Source: Eledone cirrhosa | Lineage: Eukaryota | Direction of reading: 5' to 3' | Assembly: GCA_964016885.1 (NCBI GenBank) | Contig: OZ024743.1 | Span: forward strand, 192,200,001-192,264,000 | Length of the DNA stretch: 64,000 nucleotides | Part shown: piece by piece, positions 48,504 through 61,449 of the stretch | Layout of the letters: every line of letters begins with the position of its first letter | Numbering within the stretch: position 1 is the first letter of the stretch | Translations under genes and position numbers: made by a program | The notes under the pieces: model-generated | Databases searched by the model: none | What the model was told of the DNA's origin: nothing | Seen by the model: the letters and a program-made list of their open reading frames with translations, nothing else

Positions 48504-49093
48504 CTAGCTAACTTACCCAGCTTCGCCTGAGTAAACAGATAAGAAAAGACAGGTAGAAGAGAAAATGATTGTATTTGATATTTATCTGGTTTACAGTATG
48601 AGGTGAGACCATGACAAAAAAAAATAAACAGTAAAAAATCCTCCAGATACAGCAGATTTTTTTGTTTTACCGTTTCTAAGTGTTCCCACTCGTGAACAAC
48701 CTACATGAATAAAAAGTGATTCCCTTGTATTCAATTCTACAACTTTGAAACTCTGAGCCTGAGCTTTATGTATGGTCATAGCAAAACTGGCTCTAACAGG
48801 GAACTGAAGTCTTGAGAATTTGAAAGGCGGCAAAATACGATCATTGACAACTAACACGCAGAGAGAATCCCTTATGGTTGATTCCCAGCCTGCTAGAAAT
48901 AGCAGTCTGCTTGGTTAGCATACCCAGGATGTTTTTCTTCTTTGATGTTATAAAATTAGAAAATAAAAAATATGTTAACACTCTCGGATTCTAATACCTT
49001 GCAAAATTTTATTTGAATTGGTGAGCCGTTTGGGAATGCATAAGGGAAGAACAAACAGACAGAAATACAAAGAATTTTATATAGATAGAGAGA
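48504..49093 (-). mobile_element. Non-autonomous Helitron with a PIF1-helicase remnant
   Basis: Minus strand begins A|TCTCTCTATCTATATAAAA and ends with hairpin TACTCAG-gcgaag-CTGGGTA then CTAG|T; encodes PFKFSRLQFPVRASFAMTIHKAQ...GCSRVG. Confidence 0.85.
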
Positions 49094-49144
49094 TATTTAT
49101 TATAATACATATTACACAAGAACTATTTTTCTTTCAATAATACT

Positions 49145-50760
49145 ATAATTGTTTCTACTTTTGGCACAAGGCCAGCAATTATCCCAGTGTATTATTGGTA
49201 CTTTATTTTATCGACCCCATAAGGATGAAAGGCAGAGTTAACCTCGGCGGGATTTGAACTCAGACCATAAAGGACCGTAACTCTTTGTTGCAAAGCATGG
49301 CGTCTGAGCCTATACCGATACTGCCAATCCAAGCTACTTACAACCACTAATTTATGACATCTTTTTATATTTCTTTTACATAAAATTGCATTACAAAGGC
49401 TGGCTTCCTCATTAGGATAAAATACCAATTCTAAACAGCTGCTAACTTTATACAAAGCTTATTTATGTACAATAGAAACAAAAACAGTAGTTAACTATGG
49501 GAAATCAGTCACATGTTGAAGAACTAAAGGGAAAAATTAAAATTTTTGAGAAACAGTTGCCTCCCTTAAGATGCAATTTTATTTTTATCATTTATTTATT
49601 TTTCAAGCATCTATTTAAAATTTTTCTTTAGAGTTTTGTAATAAAATATAAATGATGCAAATTATACATTACAAATGTTTTATATAAAGAATAGCATATT
49701 AATTGCCATTATGAATAAGTGAATAAGGGCGGTGAATTGGCAGTATCAGTAGAGGGTCGGACACCATGCTTTCCAGCATAGTTACGTCCCTTTACGATCT
49801 GAGTTCAAATCCTGCCGAGGTTGACTTTGCCTTTCATCCTTACGGGGTAGATAAAATAAAGTACCAGTAATGCACTGGGTAATTGCTGGCCTTGTGCCTA
49901 AAGTAGAAACAATTATTAATAAGTGAATTGGCAGTATCGGTAGAGAGTCGGACGCCATGCTTCAAATCCTGCTGAGTTCAAATCCCGCCGAGGTTAACTT
50001 TGCCTTTCATCCTTACAGGGTCGATAAAATAAAGTACCAGTAATGTACTGGTTAATTGCTGACCTTGTGCCAAAAGTAGAAACAATTATTAATGTAATAT
50101 ACATTTTAGATCAACAAGCCATTTATAAATTAATATATTCCATAATAGGTAATTTTGGAGGGAAGTGGATTGACAGAGTCATTAGGGTGTTGGACAAATG
50201 TTTTGTAGCATTTGTTACAGCTCTTTATGTTCTGAGTTCAAATCCTGCCAAGGTCAACATTGCCTTTCATCCTTCTGGGGTTCGATAAAAAGTACCTGTT
50301 AAGTACTGTGGGTGATATAATCAACTTTCTCTTTCCCCAAAATTGCTCTCCTTGCACCGCCAATGTTAAAAGGGTAGTGAGAAAGAAACATACAGGAAGA
50401 ATTGACCCTAATACTGAACAGGTAGAATTTTTATGAACCTCAAAAGGATGAACGGTAAAGTTGATCTTGGCAGGATTTGAGCCAGAGAATTGGAACAAAT
50501 ATTAATATTGCAAAGCATTTTATCCATTATTTTAATGACTCTGCCAATTTACTGCCTGAGTAACCATATTAAAGATACGATTGGCAGTATCAGTAGAGCC
50601 TCAGACACCATGCTTTGCAGCACAGAGTTATGGCCCTTTCTGAGTTCAAATCCCGCCGAGGTTAACTGCCTTTCATCCTTACGAGGTCTATAAAATAAAG
50701 CACCAGTAATGCACTGGTGTAATTGCTGGCCTTGTGCCAAAAGTAGAAACAATTATTAGT
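49145..50760. mobile_element. Cluster of about six tRNA-derived SINE copies in both orientations
   Basis: Copies at ~49145-49330 (-), 49726-50090 (+, two in tandem), 50160-50345 (+), 50400-50550 (-) and 50578-50757 (+). Confidence 0.8.
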
Positions 50761-51126
50761 TCTCTCCATACACTAGAGTACAATTAGTTAAATCATCATA
50801 TATATACTACTGAACTAAAAGTTTTCCCATACATTGGAGTACTATTAGTAAGTCACTTTATATTGCTGTACTAAAATGTATTCCTGATACATTACTTGTT
50901 ACTGATTCCATTGTAGTTCTTATACTTTTGCCTCATTACTCAACTTCACTTTTGAGATTATTAACAATGGCAAAGTGTTTTTCATTTCACTGAAATTAAC
51001 AATAGTTAATAAGTAATTTTATCAGCAGTAAATACAAAGCAAATCTTGTGTAAAAATCCCAAAGTAAACACAAAGTTATTTGCTTCAATACAACACATGT
51101 AAATGGGTACCATAAATCTATACCCG

Positions 51127-51161
<35 letters not shown>

Positions 51162-52399
51162 GGTATGGTCCCGTAACACATTTTCTAGTGCATTCTTTTA
51201 AGCCTGGCAGAGCTCATTTCCTTTCCAGGTCTGAACACAGAAAGATTTTTTTCCAAAGAAGGATAGAAAAAGAGAGGGGGGGGAGAAAGAGATATAGAGG
51301 AAGAATCGATCCCAGTACTAGGCTGACAATGTTTTTATTGACTTTGAAAGGATGAAGAAAAGCAAAGATGACCTTGGCAGGATTTGAACTCAGAAAGCCA
51401 GAATGAGTATCAAAGTATCATCATTATCATTACCATTTAACATGATTACATGGGTTAGACAGGCTGTCACGTTATGAGGCTAGACAGGTCAGGTGGCAAT
51501 ATCTTCCTCATATGTCCCATTTTTGGCTGTTCTTTTTTGGGGTGGATGTCATTCCCTATGTCAACCACTTCACAAAATTATAAATATTTAGAAACTATGT
51601 GTAGAAGTTTGAAATGAGTAGAAATTCTCAGCATTTGAAAATTTATTGAATTCTTTATTTCTTCAAACAAATATTGAAGAAGGTTACTTTCACAGGAAAC
51701 CTTCATGTATCACTGTCTCATTAAGGAACTTTGAACTAGAAAACAACCTATGACTGAAAATTCCAAATTCCTACCTCCTGCACCAATCTTGATAAATGAG
51801 GCCAAGCTCAACCATCCACCTTTAACTTTGCACTTGGCTATGTAAGCCCAGCCTTTATTAATCTACCATGATAAGTTTGCTAAATCAACCCCTACCTAAA
51901 ACACTGAATCTCATTCCTAGCAGCCTCAGAATACTATTGTAAACTTCCTCTCTCTACATACCTCCATAACAAAGACAACATTTATGTTTAGAATCCTTAA
52001 ACTGCTGCTGTGAGTACCCATTGTAAGCCCTCATACTACAGCATGAAGACAAACCTTGTTCCCAGTAACCTTAGATTGCCATTGCCAGCACCTTTGATAT
52101 CTAAACCTTACCCAAACATCATGGAAAGACATTACTTATCAGCTGAGATGAAGGTGACCTGACTAGTTTGTTAAGCACTATAAACAAACAACAGCATATG
52201 AAAGGAATCCCACCTTAATCACATGAACTCTCAAACTATAGCAATGGCAACCTATCTAAGAGATCAGTAACTGAATATAAACTGATAAACTGAGTAGTCC
52301 AATCATATAATAAAATGAAGTTAGTTGATGCTGTAAAATAGTCAGCAATGGGAAGATTACCAGCCTTACTCACAATGCAGAAACAGCAGAAATGTTACC

Positions 52400-52653
52400 C
52401 ACAGAGTTGCTGAAGCATGGAACAAACTACCCGCATCAGTTATTAGCTGTCGAGACACTGCATCCTTTAAAACCTCCATGCTTCCTGAGATTCGCCAACA
52501 CTACACCTAATATTCCCCCTCCATACACATGTATATCATGACTCATACACTATTCACTTCCCTGACATTTGCATATTATTCTATGTACTATACATGCACC
52601 TTTGACAAGTTGTAGTGCACCTGAGCACTTTACACAATAATTTCATTATTATT
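52400..52653 (+). mobile_element. CR1-like LINE 3' end
   Basis: EAWNKLPASVISCRDTASFKTSMLPEIRQHYT* then a 3' UTR ending (ATT)n; 3' UTR copies on minus at ~56033-56209 and ~61740-61825. Confidence 0.7.
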
Positions 52654-52878
52654 AAAAGTATATTACCAAAATTACATGTCATATGGCAGGTAAAACTCTA
52701 GTATTTGAATATTGAACGCTATAAATTCAGTAGTATGGTTTAGACTCATGGCTTAAGTCAATTTATTTTACTTATGCCATAATAGAGTTGTGAAAGATGC
52801 AAACCTTGAAATCCTATCCCCCTCATTTCTTCCATCTGTCAATTCATAGCAATTTATATAACATCAAAACCAGTAATT

Positions 52879-53916
52879 TAACCCTTTGGTTTCTATATTT
52901 CTAGTGAAAGACACTATATGGTTTATAAATAACTTTGCAAATAATCAAGAATTTAGAAACATTTAGTAACCTTCTGTGGGTATTAAGCATAACTTAAAGG
53001 CTCTTACATAAAATTATAATTGTTTCTACGTTAGGCACAAGGCCAGCAATTACCCAGTACATTACTGATACTTTATTTTATCGACCCCGTAAGGATGAAA
53101 GGCAAAGTCAACCTCGGCGGGATTTGAACTCTTACATAAAATTATAATGGAAGGTTTTTAGATAAATATAAACTGCTTCTGATACAAAATCGCCTTAAAT
53201 CACCCCAGGTTTTATAATTCAAAGTTTTATAATTGAAAGTTCTTAATTAAAATTTTAAAAAACCTGCCATAATAATTTCATGTCAAAAACTTTTAAGTAA
53301 AATTCCAAATACCAGCTTAATAATCGTTTCTACTTTTGGCACAATGCCAGCAATTATGCCAGTACATTACTGGTACTTTGTTTTATCGACCCCCGTAAGG
53401 ATGAAAGGCAAAGTTAACCTCGGCGGGATTTGAAATCAGAATGGCAAGGGCGGTAACTCTATGCTGAAAAGCATGGTGTCCGACTCCCTACCGATACTGC
53501 CAATCCACCTTAATAATTGTTTCTACTTTTGGCACAAGGCCAGCAAATACCCAGTACATTACTGGTACTTTATTTTATCGACCCCGTAAGGATGAAAGGC
53601 AAAGTTAACCTCGGCGGGATTTGAACTCAGAATGGCAAGGGACGTAACTCTATGCGTCAAAGCATGGCGTCCGACCCTCTACCGATACTGCCAATCCACC
53701 TTAATAATTGTTTCTATTTTTTGGCACAAGGCCAGCAATTACCCAGTGCATTACTGGTACTTTATTTTATCAACCCCGTAAGGATGAAAGGCAAAGTTAA
53801 CCTCGGCGGGATTTGAACTCCACCTTAATAATGAAGGTTAAGTTACATCACTAAATCACGTCAAATTCTTTATTTTTAAAACTAACGGTAAACACACGGG
53901 TAACGAAAGGGCTAAA
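52879..53916. mobile_element. TTAA-type MITE carrying four nested SINE insertions
   Basis: ttaaccctttggtttc ... ggtaacgaaagggctaa ends; SINE at ~53020-53130 with 20-bp TSD ctcttacataaaattataat; three tandem SINEs at ~53320-53825 (-). Confidence 0.75.
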
Positions 53917-54096
53917 ACTTTTGTAATGTAGAGCTACAGCTAGTTTCAAACGGTTTCGTATTTAAACCTACATAAACAATACAGAATAAAATAGTGAAAA
54001 TCAGTTTTATAAAAATTCAGGAAAAACTATTCCAGCGTTTATATGAAAAGTTACCTCCCTTGAACAAAATGTTTATTGGTGGGCGAATGTTTTTGA

Positions 54097-54290
54097 TAAT
54101 TGTTTCTAATTTTGGCACAAGGCCAACAATTATTCCAGTGCATTACTGGTTCTTTATTTTATCGACCCCATATGGATGTGAAAGGCAAAGTTAACCTCGG
54201 CGAGATTTGAACTCAGACCGTAGAGGGGCATAACTCTATGTTACAAAGCATGGCGTTCGACCCTCTGCTGATACTGCCAATCCACCGATG
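54097..54290 (-). mobile_element. tRNA-derived SINE
   Basis: Full family sequence on the minus strand. Confidence 0.8.
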
Positions 54291-55293
54291 GCAATAGCTT
54301 TCGATATATTTAATTTTAGGAGTGCATTTCAAACTGGGAAATTTGTGTTTTGATAAATTCAAGGTTTAGTTAAGAGAAACCTTATAATTTATTTCTAAGA
54401 TATAATTACATGTGAGATGGAGTAGCTGTTGCAGCAGGTGTTGCTGGCCATTCTCTGTGGCAATGTCTTTGCCATTCTGTCTGCAGGGCACAGCCAAGTC
54501 ACCACTCAGACTGGGGTGTAAAGTCTGTCCTTCTCTCTCTAAATTTCCTTCATTGCTTAATTCTTTTTTTCTTTTTCTTCTATCCCTTTCCTTTTTTTGT
54601 TTCAATTCAATTTTTTTTTTAAATTGTAAATATTATATCATAGTTACTATCAATAAATTTCCTCTTGATGTTAAAGATATATATATAAATATTCAGTGTT
54701 TATGTAGAAATAACATGTAGGATTACATGTATGAGCATCTTCAGAGAATAACTATTAACAGGAACAAATGTAAGGACCTTGTGACAGGAAAGCAAACTTC
54801 TTATGGTAGCAACAGGAAATATATAAGATATGTGAATGTTTGTTAATGTTAATTAGTTAAAGATGACAGCAATATATATACGAACACACATCGCTTATTA
54901 TTATGATTGATTTATAAAAAGAAATATGGCTTTATTTAATAGAAAATTCTGATATCTTCAATCATACAAAACATCAATTTTGTCAGATAGGCATTTATCA
55001 AGGACTGAAAATTATGAACTAATAAAATTTATCAAAATTACAAAATTTAATAGGACATCTACATAAAGTTAAACATTCTATATCCTATCTCTATCAATGT
55101 TGAAATGGATATGGTAAGCATGAATATGATATAATCTATTCAGTCATTCTATAATGTTCATAATGGTTTCACGTAAATATATTGATAGTATTGGGAAATT
55201 TGAAATTAGAAATTATAACTATAATAACATTTGATAACCATAAATGATTGAATAAATCAAACACAAACGCACAGATATACACACAGATATGTA

Positions 55294-55789
55294 TGGATCA
55301 TTCCAATGAAATTCAATAGGAGTCTGTCCCAGAGGTCTCCAGATTTTCTTCAAATTTTCACCATTTATTAGTATCCATGAGAGTAGTAATACCTGAAAAT
55401 ATTTGCTCCAAAGCACTTACCAATCACATTTTCAGTTAACACTTCAAATTTTCAGGTAACATTTTCTTTAAAATGACCAGGTCAAAGCAATCAGCTTTTA
55501 GTGTCTGAGAGACTACAGATGGTAGAAATTAAGGAAATCAAGTTCCAAAGGCATGTGATAAAAGCTACTTGGAGTATTAGGCCTCTAAAAGTCAAATAGA
55601 TTCTATATTTTCAAAATTTCAGAAATTGCTCAAATATTTAAATGGCCATAAAATCTGATTGGTAAGCGCTATGGAGCAAATATTTTCAGGAATTACTTCT
55701 CTCATGGATACCAATAAATGGTGAAAATTTGAAGAAAATCTGAAGACCTCTGGGATGGACCCTTGTTGAATTTCAACAGAATGATACCG
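55294..55789. mobile_element. MITE with ~135-bp TIRs and TA flanks (Tc1/mariner-like)
   Basis: 55294-~55430 is the reverse complement, with mismatches, of ~55651-55789; TA at 55292-55293 and 55790-55791. Confidence 0.8.
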
Positions 55790-55877
55790 TAAAGTAGCCA
55801 AGTTGTTAAGGTATCTCTTTCTCCTGCTGTTGAGGAGATCTGTAGACAAAGTCTTATCATATGATAAATAAACTTAC

Positions 55878-55954
55878 CAAAATCAGTAACAGCACAGCTT
55901 AATAAACGATGGGTAATGGGATTGTACGCTAAACACTGGATGGCATCACTATGG
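55878..55954 (-). CDS. IFT122: IFT122 coding exon, 77 bp
   Basis: tttttcag acceptor; AA+C completes Asn, then [25 protein letters not shown] plus G; GTAAGT donor. Matches IFT122 [26 protein letters not shown]. Too short for the ORF track. Confidence 0.93.
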
Positions 55955-56265
55955 CTGAAAAAGCAATAGACAAAACAAAAGGCTTAAAACATTAAAATGC
56001 ATCAATTAGCAAAGTAATGAGAACTCTTTGTTTAATAATAATGAAATTATTGTGTACAGTGCTCAGGCGCACTACAACTCATCAAAGGTGCATGTATAGT
56101 ACATAGAATAATATACAAATGTCAGGGAAGTGGATAGTGTATGAGTCATGATATACATGTGTGCGTGTGTATGGAGGGGGAATATTAGGTGTAGTGTTGG
56201 CGAATCTCATAAAGGATTGTTCAATATTCATTAACAAAGCAACACATTATTTATTTATTAGCAAA

Positions 56266-56665
56266 AAGGGTGGTGGATTGGCAGAATCATTTGAGCATCG
56301 ACCAAATATTTTGTGGTATTTATTACAGCTCTATATATTCTGAGTTCAAATCCCACTGAGGTCAACTTTGTCTGTCATCCTCTTGGAGTCGATAAAATAA
56401 AGTACCAGTAAAGTACTGGTGCCAATTTAATTTATTTACCATCCCACAATTGTGCCAAAATTTGAAATCATAATTTATAAGCAAAAAGGTAGAGGATTAG
56501 CAGAATAATTAGTGAATCAGATTAAATGCATTGCAGTATTATGTTCTAGTTTCAAATCCTTCCATGGTCAACTTTGCCTTTCATCTTTTCTGGGCCGATA
56601 CATTCAACTTTCCTCTCCTTACAAATACCTGACCTTGAGCCTAAATTAGAAATTATTATTTATTA
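56266..56665 (+). mobile_element. Two tandem degenerate tRNA SINEs
   Basis: ggtggattggcagaat head, B-box and core; the junction ttta(t/a)tagcaaaaag is repeated. Confidence 0.7.
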
Positions 56666-56759
56666 GCAAACATATTATTATTGGGGATGACACTCTCCTA
56701 TATTACCTGATGACTATGTGGGTTATTAATTTGGCTCCTACTTATGATGCTTTTCGCAT

Positions 56760-57360
56760 CTTGGCAACTATCCATGATGGTTCTGCAGCTTTATCATTCT
56801 TCATCTCCTTTAACTGTCAATTTCAATGGCTGATCCGTCTGTTGGGTAGGTTGGGGTAGGTTGGGGGTAGTCTCTCTTCCTCCCAATCATTCTCTACATT
56901 TATCAAACTCTCATAGTAACATTTCCGGGCCTCTTTCTTTTGAGCACCAGTGGTGTTAACCATGCCAGTGTCATTTCTAACATATGTTTCCCCAACAATA
57001 TCCTGATTAACTCTGACACACTGCTTTCAATGTGGAACACGTGACATCTCTTATTCTCAGATTGCAAGTCATTGACAAACTTTCTTTCTGCAGCTTCTTT
57101 CCAAGCTTTGTAAACCTGTCATCTAACTTCTCTCTTAGCCACCTGGTACAGGTCTCTGCTAACCCCATTTTTCAAGTCTTTCCACGCCTGTCTCTTGGCT
57201 CTAGTGGCTCTATTCACTGTGCTATTTCACCACCAGGTCACCTTCTGTCTGACTGACTCTTTGCTCCAGCCACAAGTCTCATCAGTAGTTCACAAAAGGT
57301 TGTCATGTACGAATTTCCTGTCATATGAATCTAACTCGTTTCTCCTTTTATGAAATGCAT
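56760..57360 (-). mobile_element. Degenerate RTE internal fragment
   Basis: Remnants of ETCGWSK, TWW, CVRVNQDIVGETYVRND. Confidence 0.65.
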
Positions 57361-57559
57361 CCCTGTGACTTCAAGTTCTCACATATCCTTTCAATAAATG
57401 GCCAAATACAGGTAAGTTTTTTATGTTCAGGGTGGCCACATGCTGGATTCTGAGTGACATCTTAAATATAAAAATACTGGTTTAGTTTGTCCCTAGTAAT
57501 CAATTCCCTGATCCCTGCTGACCAAAATAAATTATCTTTTAAAAAATTACATCTGAAAT

Positions 57560-58277
57560 GTAATATAGGCCCATATTTCTGAAGCACTTGTGTTTTGCAA
57601 TTTCTGATCAGGGCCTTTTGTTTCAGCATATTTGTTTGTTTTGATCACCAGCATCGAACAAATCCTTATTAAATATTTAAAAGAAAAAATCTAATCCTTT
57701 CTTTGCAGCATCCAAAATATTTACTGGTTCAGGATTTTCTCTGGATGCATCAACATCGACTTCAGAAAATCGATCACCGCATTCTAACATGGATTTGCTA
57801 TTGTCTTTATTTTCACTTGAATTCATCGATATGTTATCAACAGAGTCAGATTCTGACATTAAATCAATGTCTGATAAATTCTGTTCATTTTCAATAAAAG
57901 AATCAAATTTTTTTTTTTTTTGTGCTTCAACTAAATCAGTTTCAGTAAAACCTTCGAAAAAAATTTCATTTTCACTTTCTGACGCCATTGTTGATATAAA
58001 TTATCATTATTAAATCATGTGTCTCTCTCTCTCTCAAAAAGGGAGCGATTAATTATAAGATGCCCTATTCAAAAATTAATTATAAAACACTCCCTGATTG
58101 ATTTAAACTAAAAATAGTTTCCTAATTCATCCAACCACTGAATATTTTACATCAGAAATGAGTCTCCCTCTACAGTTATGGTTCAACTATAAATGTGAAA
58201 AAACAAACAATTCATGGCTTGCTTCGACTTCAATTGACATTTTAATGTCACAACTAGAGTTGTTAGGGAGCAAGAGG
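57560..58277 (-). mobile_element. 5' part of a piggyBac-like transposon (acidic transposase N-terminus)
   Basis: TTAA|CCTCTTG terminus at 58281-58271; ORF MASESENEIFFEGF...PVNILDAAKKGLDFFF resembles PGBD N-termini; other end not found. Confidence 0.5.
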
Positions 58278-58284
58278 TTAATCT

Positions 58285-58722
58285 AGGCACATGGCTTAGT
58301 GGTTAGAGCATTGGGCTTGCAATCGAAAGGTTGTGAGTTCAATTCTCAGACCGGGTGATGTGTTGTTTCCTTGAGCAAGACACTTTATTTCAAATTGCTC
58401 CAGTTTACTCAGCTGTAGAAATGAGATGATAGGACTGGGGTCCCTATCATTCCACTGCAAAGTGGTCGTGGAGGTGCCACTGCAAAAAATCACCCAGCCC
58501 ACACTGTAAAGTGGACGTGTAGGCGCCACAGAAAAAAAAGCACCCAGCACTCACTGTAAATGAGGTTGGTGTTAGGAAGGGCATCCAGCTGTAAAAATCA
58601 AGCCAGAATCAGTTCCGTATGAGCAAAACAAGGTAAACCAACCGTACACTGCCCACAACAGGAGAACCCGTCTAACCCATGCTAGCGTGGAAGAACGGAC
58701 GTAAAACGGTGATGATGATGAT
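58285..58722 (+). mobile_element. CORE-like tRNA SINE head fused to an RTE 3' UTR tail
   Basis: tggcttagtggttagagc A-box, gagttcaattc B-box, ccttgagcaagacacttt core, then sequence near-identical to 43714-43975 and (GAT)n. Confidence 0.75.
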
Positions 58723-59274
58723 ATAAGTTTGAGCGACTTCTGTTCGTCCATCACACAATGTGTGTTTGTGTGAATGTATGTGTGAGTAAAAAGAAGGAAG
58801 AGGATGGTGAAAAAACTATAGCAAAACAGCGGCTGACATTACATTTGCTAGGTTGTGTGTGAGTGTATGTGTATGTGGGTTTGTGTAAATGTATGTGTGT
58901 GTGTTTGTATGTTTATTTGTGTGAATGTATGTCTGTGAGTGTGTATTTTTGTAAGTGTGTTTGTGTTTGCACATTTATATTTATATACTCATACATATAA
59001 ATATATGCATATGCACATACACACACATACACACATATACACATCAGCATGTTGAAAAAATCCCAATACGTATTACTATGGGCAGCAGGATTACATTATC
59101 AGATCATGATGGAGGCTATCTGTCACAATGATTGCACTGACTGGCAGACCACCTCCATATCAATTCCATTCTTTAGACACGACAGCCTGATAAGGTTGCC
59201 ACATGTCTTGTGTCATGATCTGATGACATAAGCTTGCCAACCATAGAAATATGTATTGTGATTTTTGCAACATT

Positions 59275-59501
59275 AACTTTTTAGCATTTACATTACTCTA
59301 TATTTATTATTATATTTTCACGGTAAAGGCTTTATCTTACACAATTATCTCACATAATATGGAATCTATGGGATTTTGATATTATTTATTTTGGGAACAA
59401 TACCTTAACATCAGTATAAGGGGCTGGTTACGGCCAGTTTGAACAGAAAGAGGTGAGAGAATTCTGGCCAGATATGGCCGATTTAAATGCTAAAGGGTTA
59501 A
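59275..59501. mobile_element. piggyBac-type MITE copy
   Basis: Homologous to 45001-45232; taaatgctaaagggttaa end. Confidence 0.8.
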
Positions 59502-60913
59502 AGGAATATTTGGAATCTGGCCTTCTTTTTTAATTGAAATATATATAAATACATACATTACTATATAAACACATTGAGCTTTGTGTAAAACTGTTTGGCA
59601 ATTATATATTCTCTGATATAGCTCTCTACATACAAATAGAGGTATATATTTTTACCCTTGCTACATGGATATATACATGCATTATATGTGTTGTGTGCTA
59701 AAATAGGTAGATACTGGCTGTTTCATTGATGAAATTGTGAGTATTTTAACAATTTCATATGTTAATCACAACAAAAATTACCCAGCACACACTATATATG
59801 TGGTTGGCATTAGGAAGGTCATCCAGCTATTGAAATTCTTCCAGAAACAGTTCTATAGGAGCAACACAAGGTCACCTGACCCAACTTGCCTCGAGTGAGA
59901 TAACCCGTCTAACCCATGGTCATGTGGAAAGTGGGCATTAAACGATGATGATGATGATATATCATCAATCATCATTTAACATCCGCTTTCTCTGCTAGCA
60001 AAAGTTGGATGGATCTACATAGACCAAGTCAGTGCAGAAGCGAGGCTACTGACCTCTTAGACAGGCTGAGGGTCTATATCCCGCTTTCTTACACTCATAT
60101 CGAGTACAGAAAAAAAGTTGTCATGTCTTTTGACACAAACTGAAGGGTCCTTTTAACTACTTGTTTAGTAAGCTTCCTATGGCTGAATGCCTTCCTAACA
60201 TCAACCACTTTACAGCATGTACTGAGTGTTTTTATTGTGTAAATCACCAGCACTAGGGAGGCTGTCATGTCTTTGGCACAAATAAAGTCCTCCCAACCCT
60301 TTGTTTGGCAACTTTCTATGGCTGGATGCTCTTCCTATTATCAACCACTTTACAGCATGTAATGGGGGGCATTTATTGTGTAGATCCCCAGCACTAGAGA
60401 GGTTGTTGTTTTTGACACAACTAAGGAGTCCTCTCAACCCTTTTAGGAATGGTTTCTACAGCGATATGCCCTTCCTGTTGCCAACCACCCTTACAGAGTG
60501 TACTGGGTACATTATAGTGGCACCACCACTATATAGGTTGTTGCTCATAGACCCAACTGTAGAGCCCTCCCAGCTCTGGAGAAGAGGGGAGCAATAAGGG
60601 AGGGAGATAGGTATGAAGTTATAGGTGTTTGCAGCGCAATGAGTAAAGGGTAGGGATAGCTGATTAGTGTATGGGGATGTAGTGGTATGAGGCATGTGGG
60701 TGGTGAATGCAGTAGTGGTGAGGATAGATGGTGAGGAGTGCTAGTCTCATTGGCAACTTGTATGAAAGGGAAGCAATCAGTCAAGTCCTGGCGTTTGTCT
60801 ACTTTCTTCTCCTCTGGGTTAGACAAAGAGAGAGCTTAAAATAACAACAGAATCTGCCTCATATCACATTCTACTGTCATACAAGGGGGAAAGACATAAT
60901 GCGCAATGTAGTC

Positions 60914-61142
60914 TTAACCCTTTAGCATTCACATTACTCTATATTTACTATTATATTTTCATAGTAAAGGCTTTACCTCACATAATTATCTCACATAATA
61001 TCAAATCTATGAGATTTTGGTATTATTTATTTTGAAAACAATACCCTAACATAAGTATGAGCAGCCAGTTATGGCCGGTTTGAATAGAAAAAGGTGAGAG
61101 AATTCTGGCCAGATACAGCTGGTTTAAATACTAAAGGGTTAA
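60914..61142. mobile_element. piggyBac-type MITE copy
   Basis: ttaaccctttagcatt ... ctaaagggttaa. Confidence 0.85.
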
Positions 61143-61218
61143 ATCTACATAAAGATAGGAAGGTCTTGACTGGAATATCTTTGATCATAAGTTTGCTTGC
61201 AAACGTAAAAATACTTAC

Positions 61219-61449
61219 TTAAATTTTAGAATACCATCCAGCTTACTCGTCCAAATAATAACACATTTGTCTGCAGATCCTGATGCAAAACGCTGACCAT
61301 CTCTGGCGTAATCTACACAGTATACTTTATCTTTGTGACCTTTCAAAGGTTGTATTAGACTGCCATCTATAGTATTATAGACAAGTACTTTGACACCAAC
61401 TGCTGCAACTAGTTGGCTGTTATCAGGCTTTAGACACACATCAAACACA
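61219..61449 (-). CDS. IFT122: IFT122 (intraflagellar transport 122, IFT-A WD40 protein) internal coding exon, 231 bp
   Basis: Translates [76 protein letters not shown], matching the IFT122 N-terminus ([45 protein letters not shown]). Polypyrimidine tract and CAG acceptor at 61452-61450; GTAAGT donor from 61218; ends with AA (phase 2). Confidence 0.95.

Noticed and set aside
49726-49820. tRNA gene suggested by A and B boxes (also 58290-58350)
   Set aside because: No cloverleaf; multi-copy heads continuing into SINE bodies.
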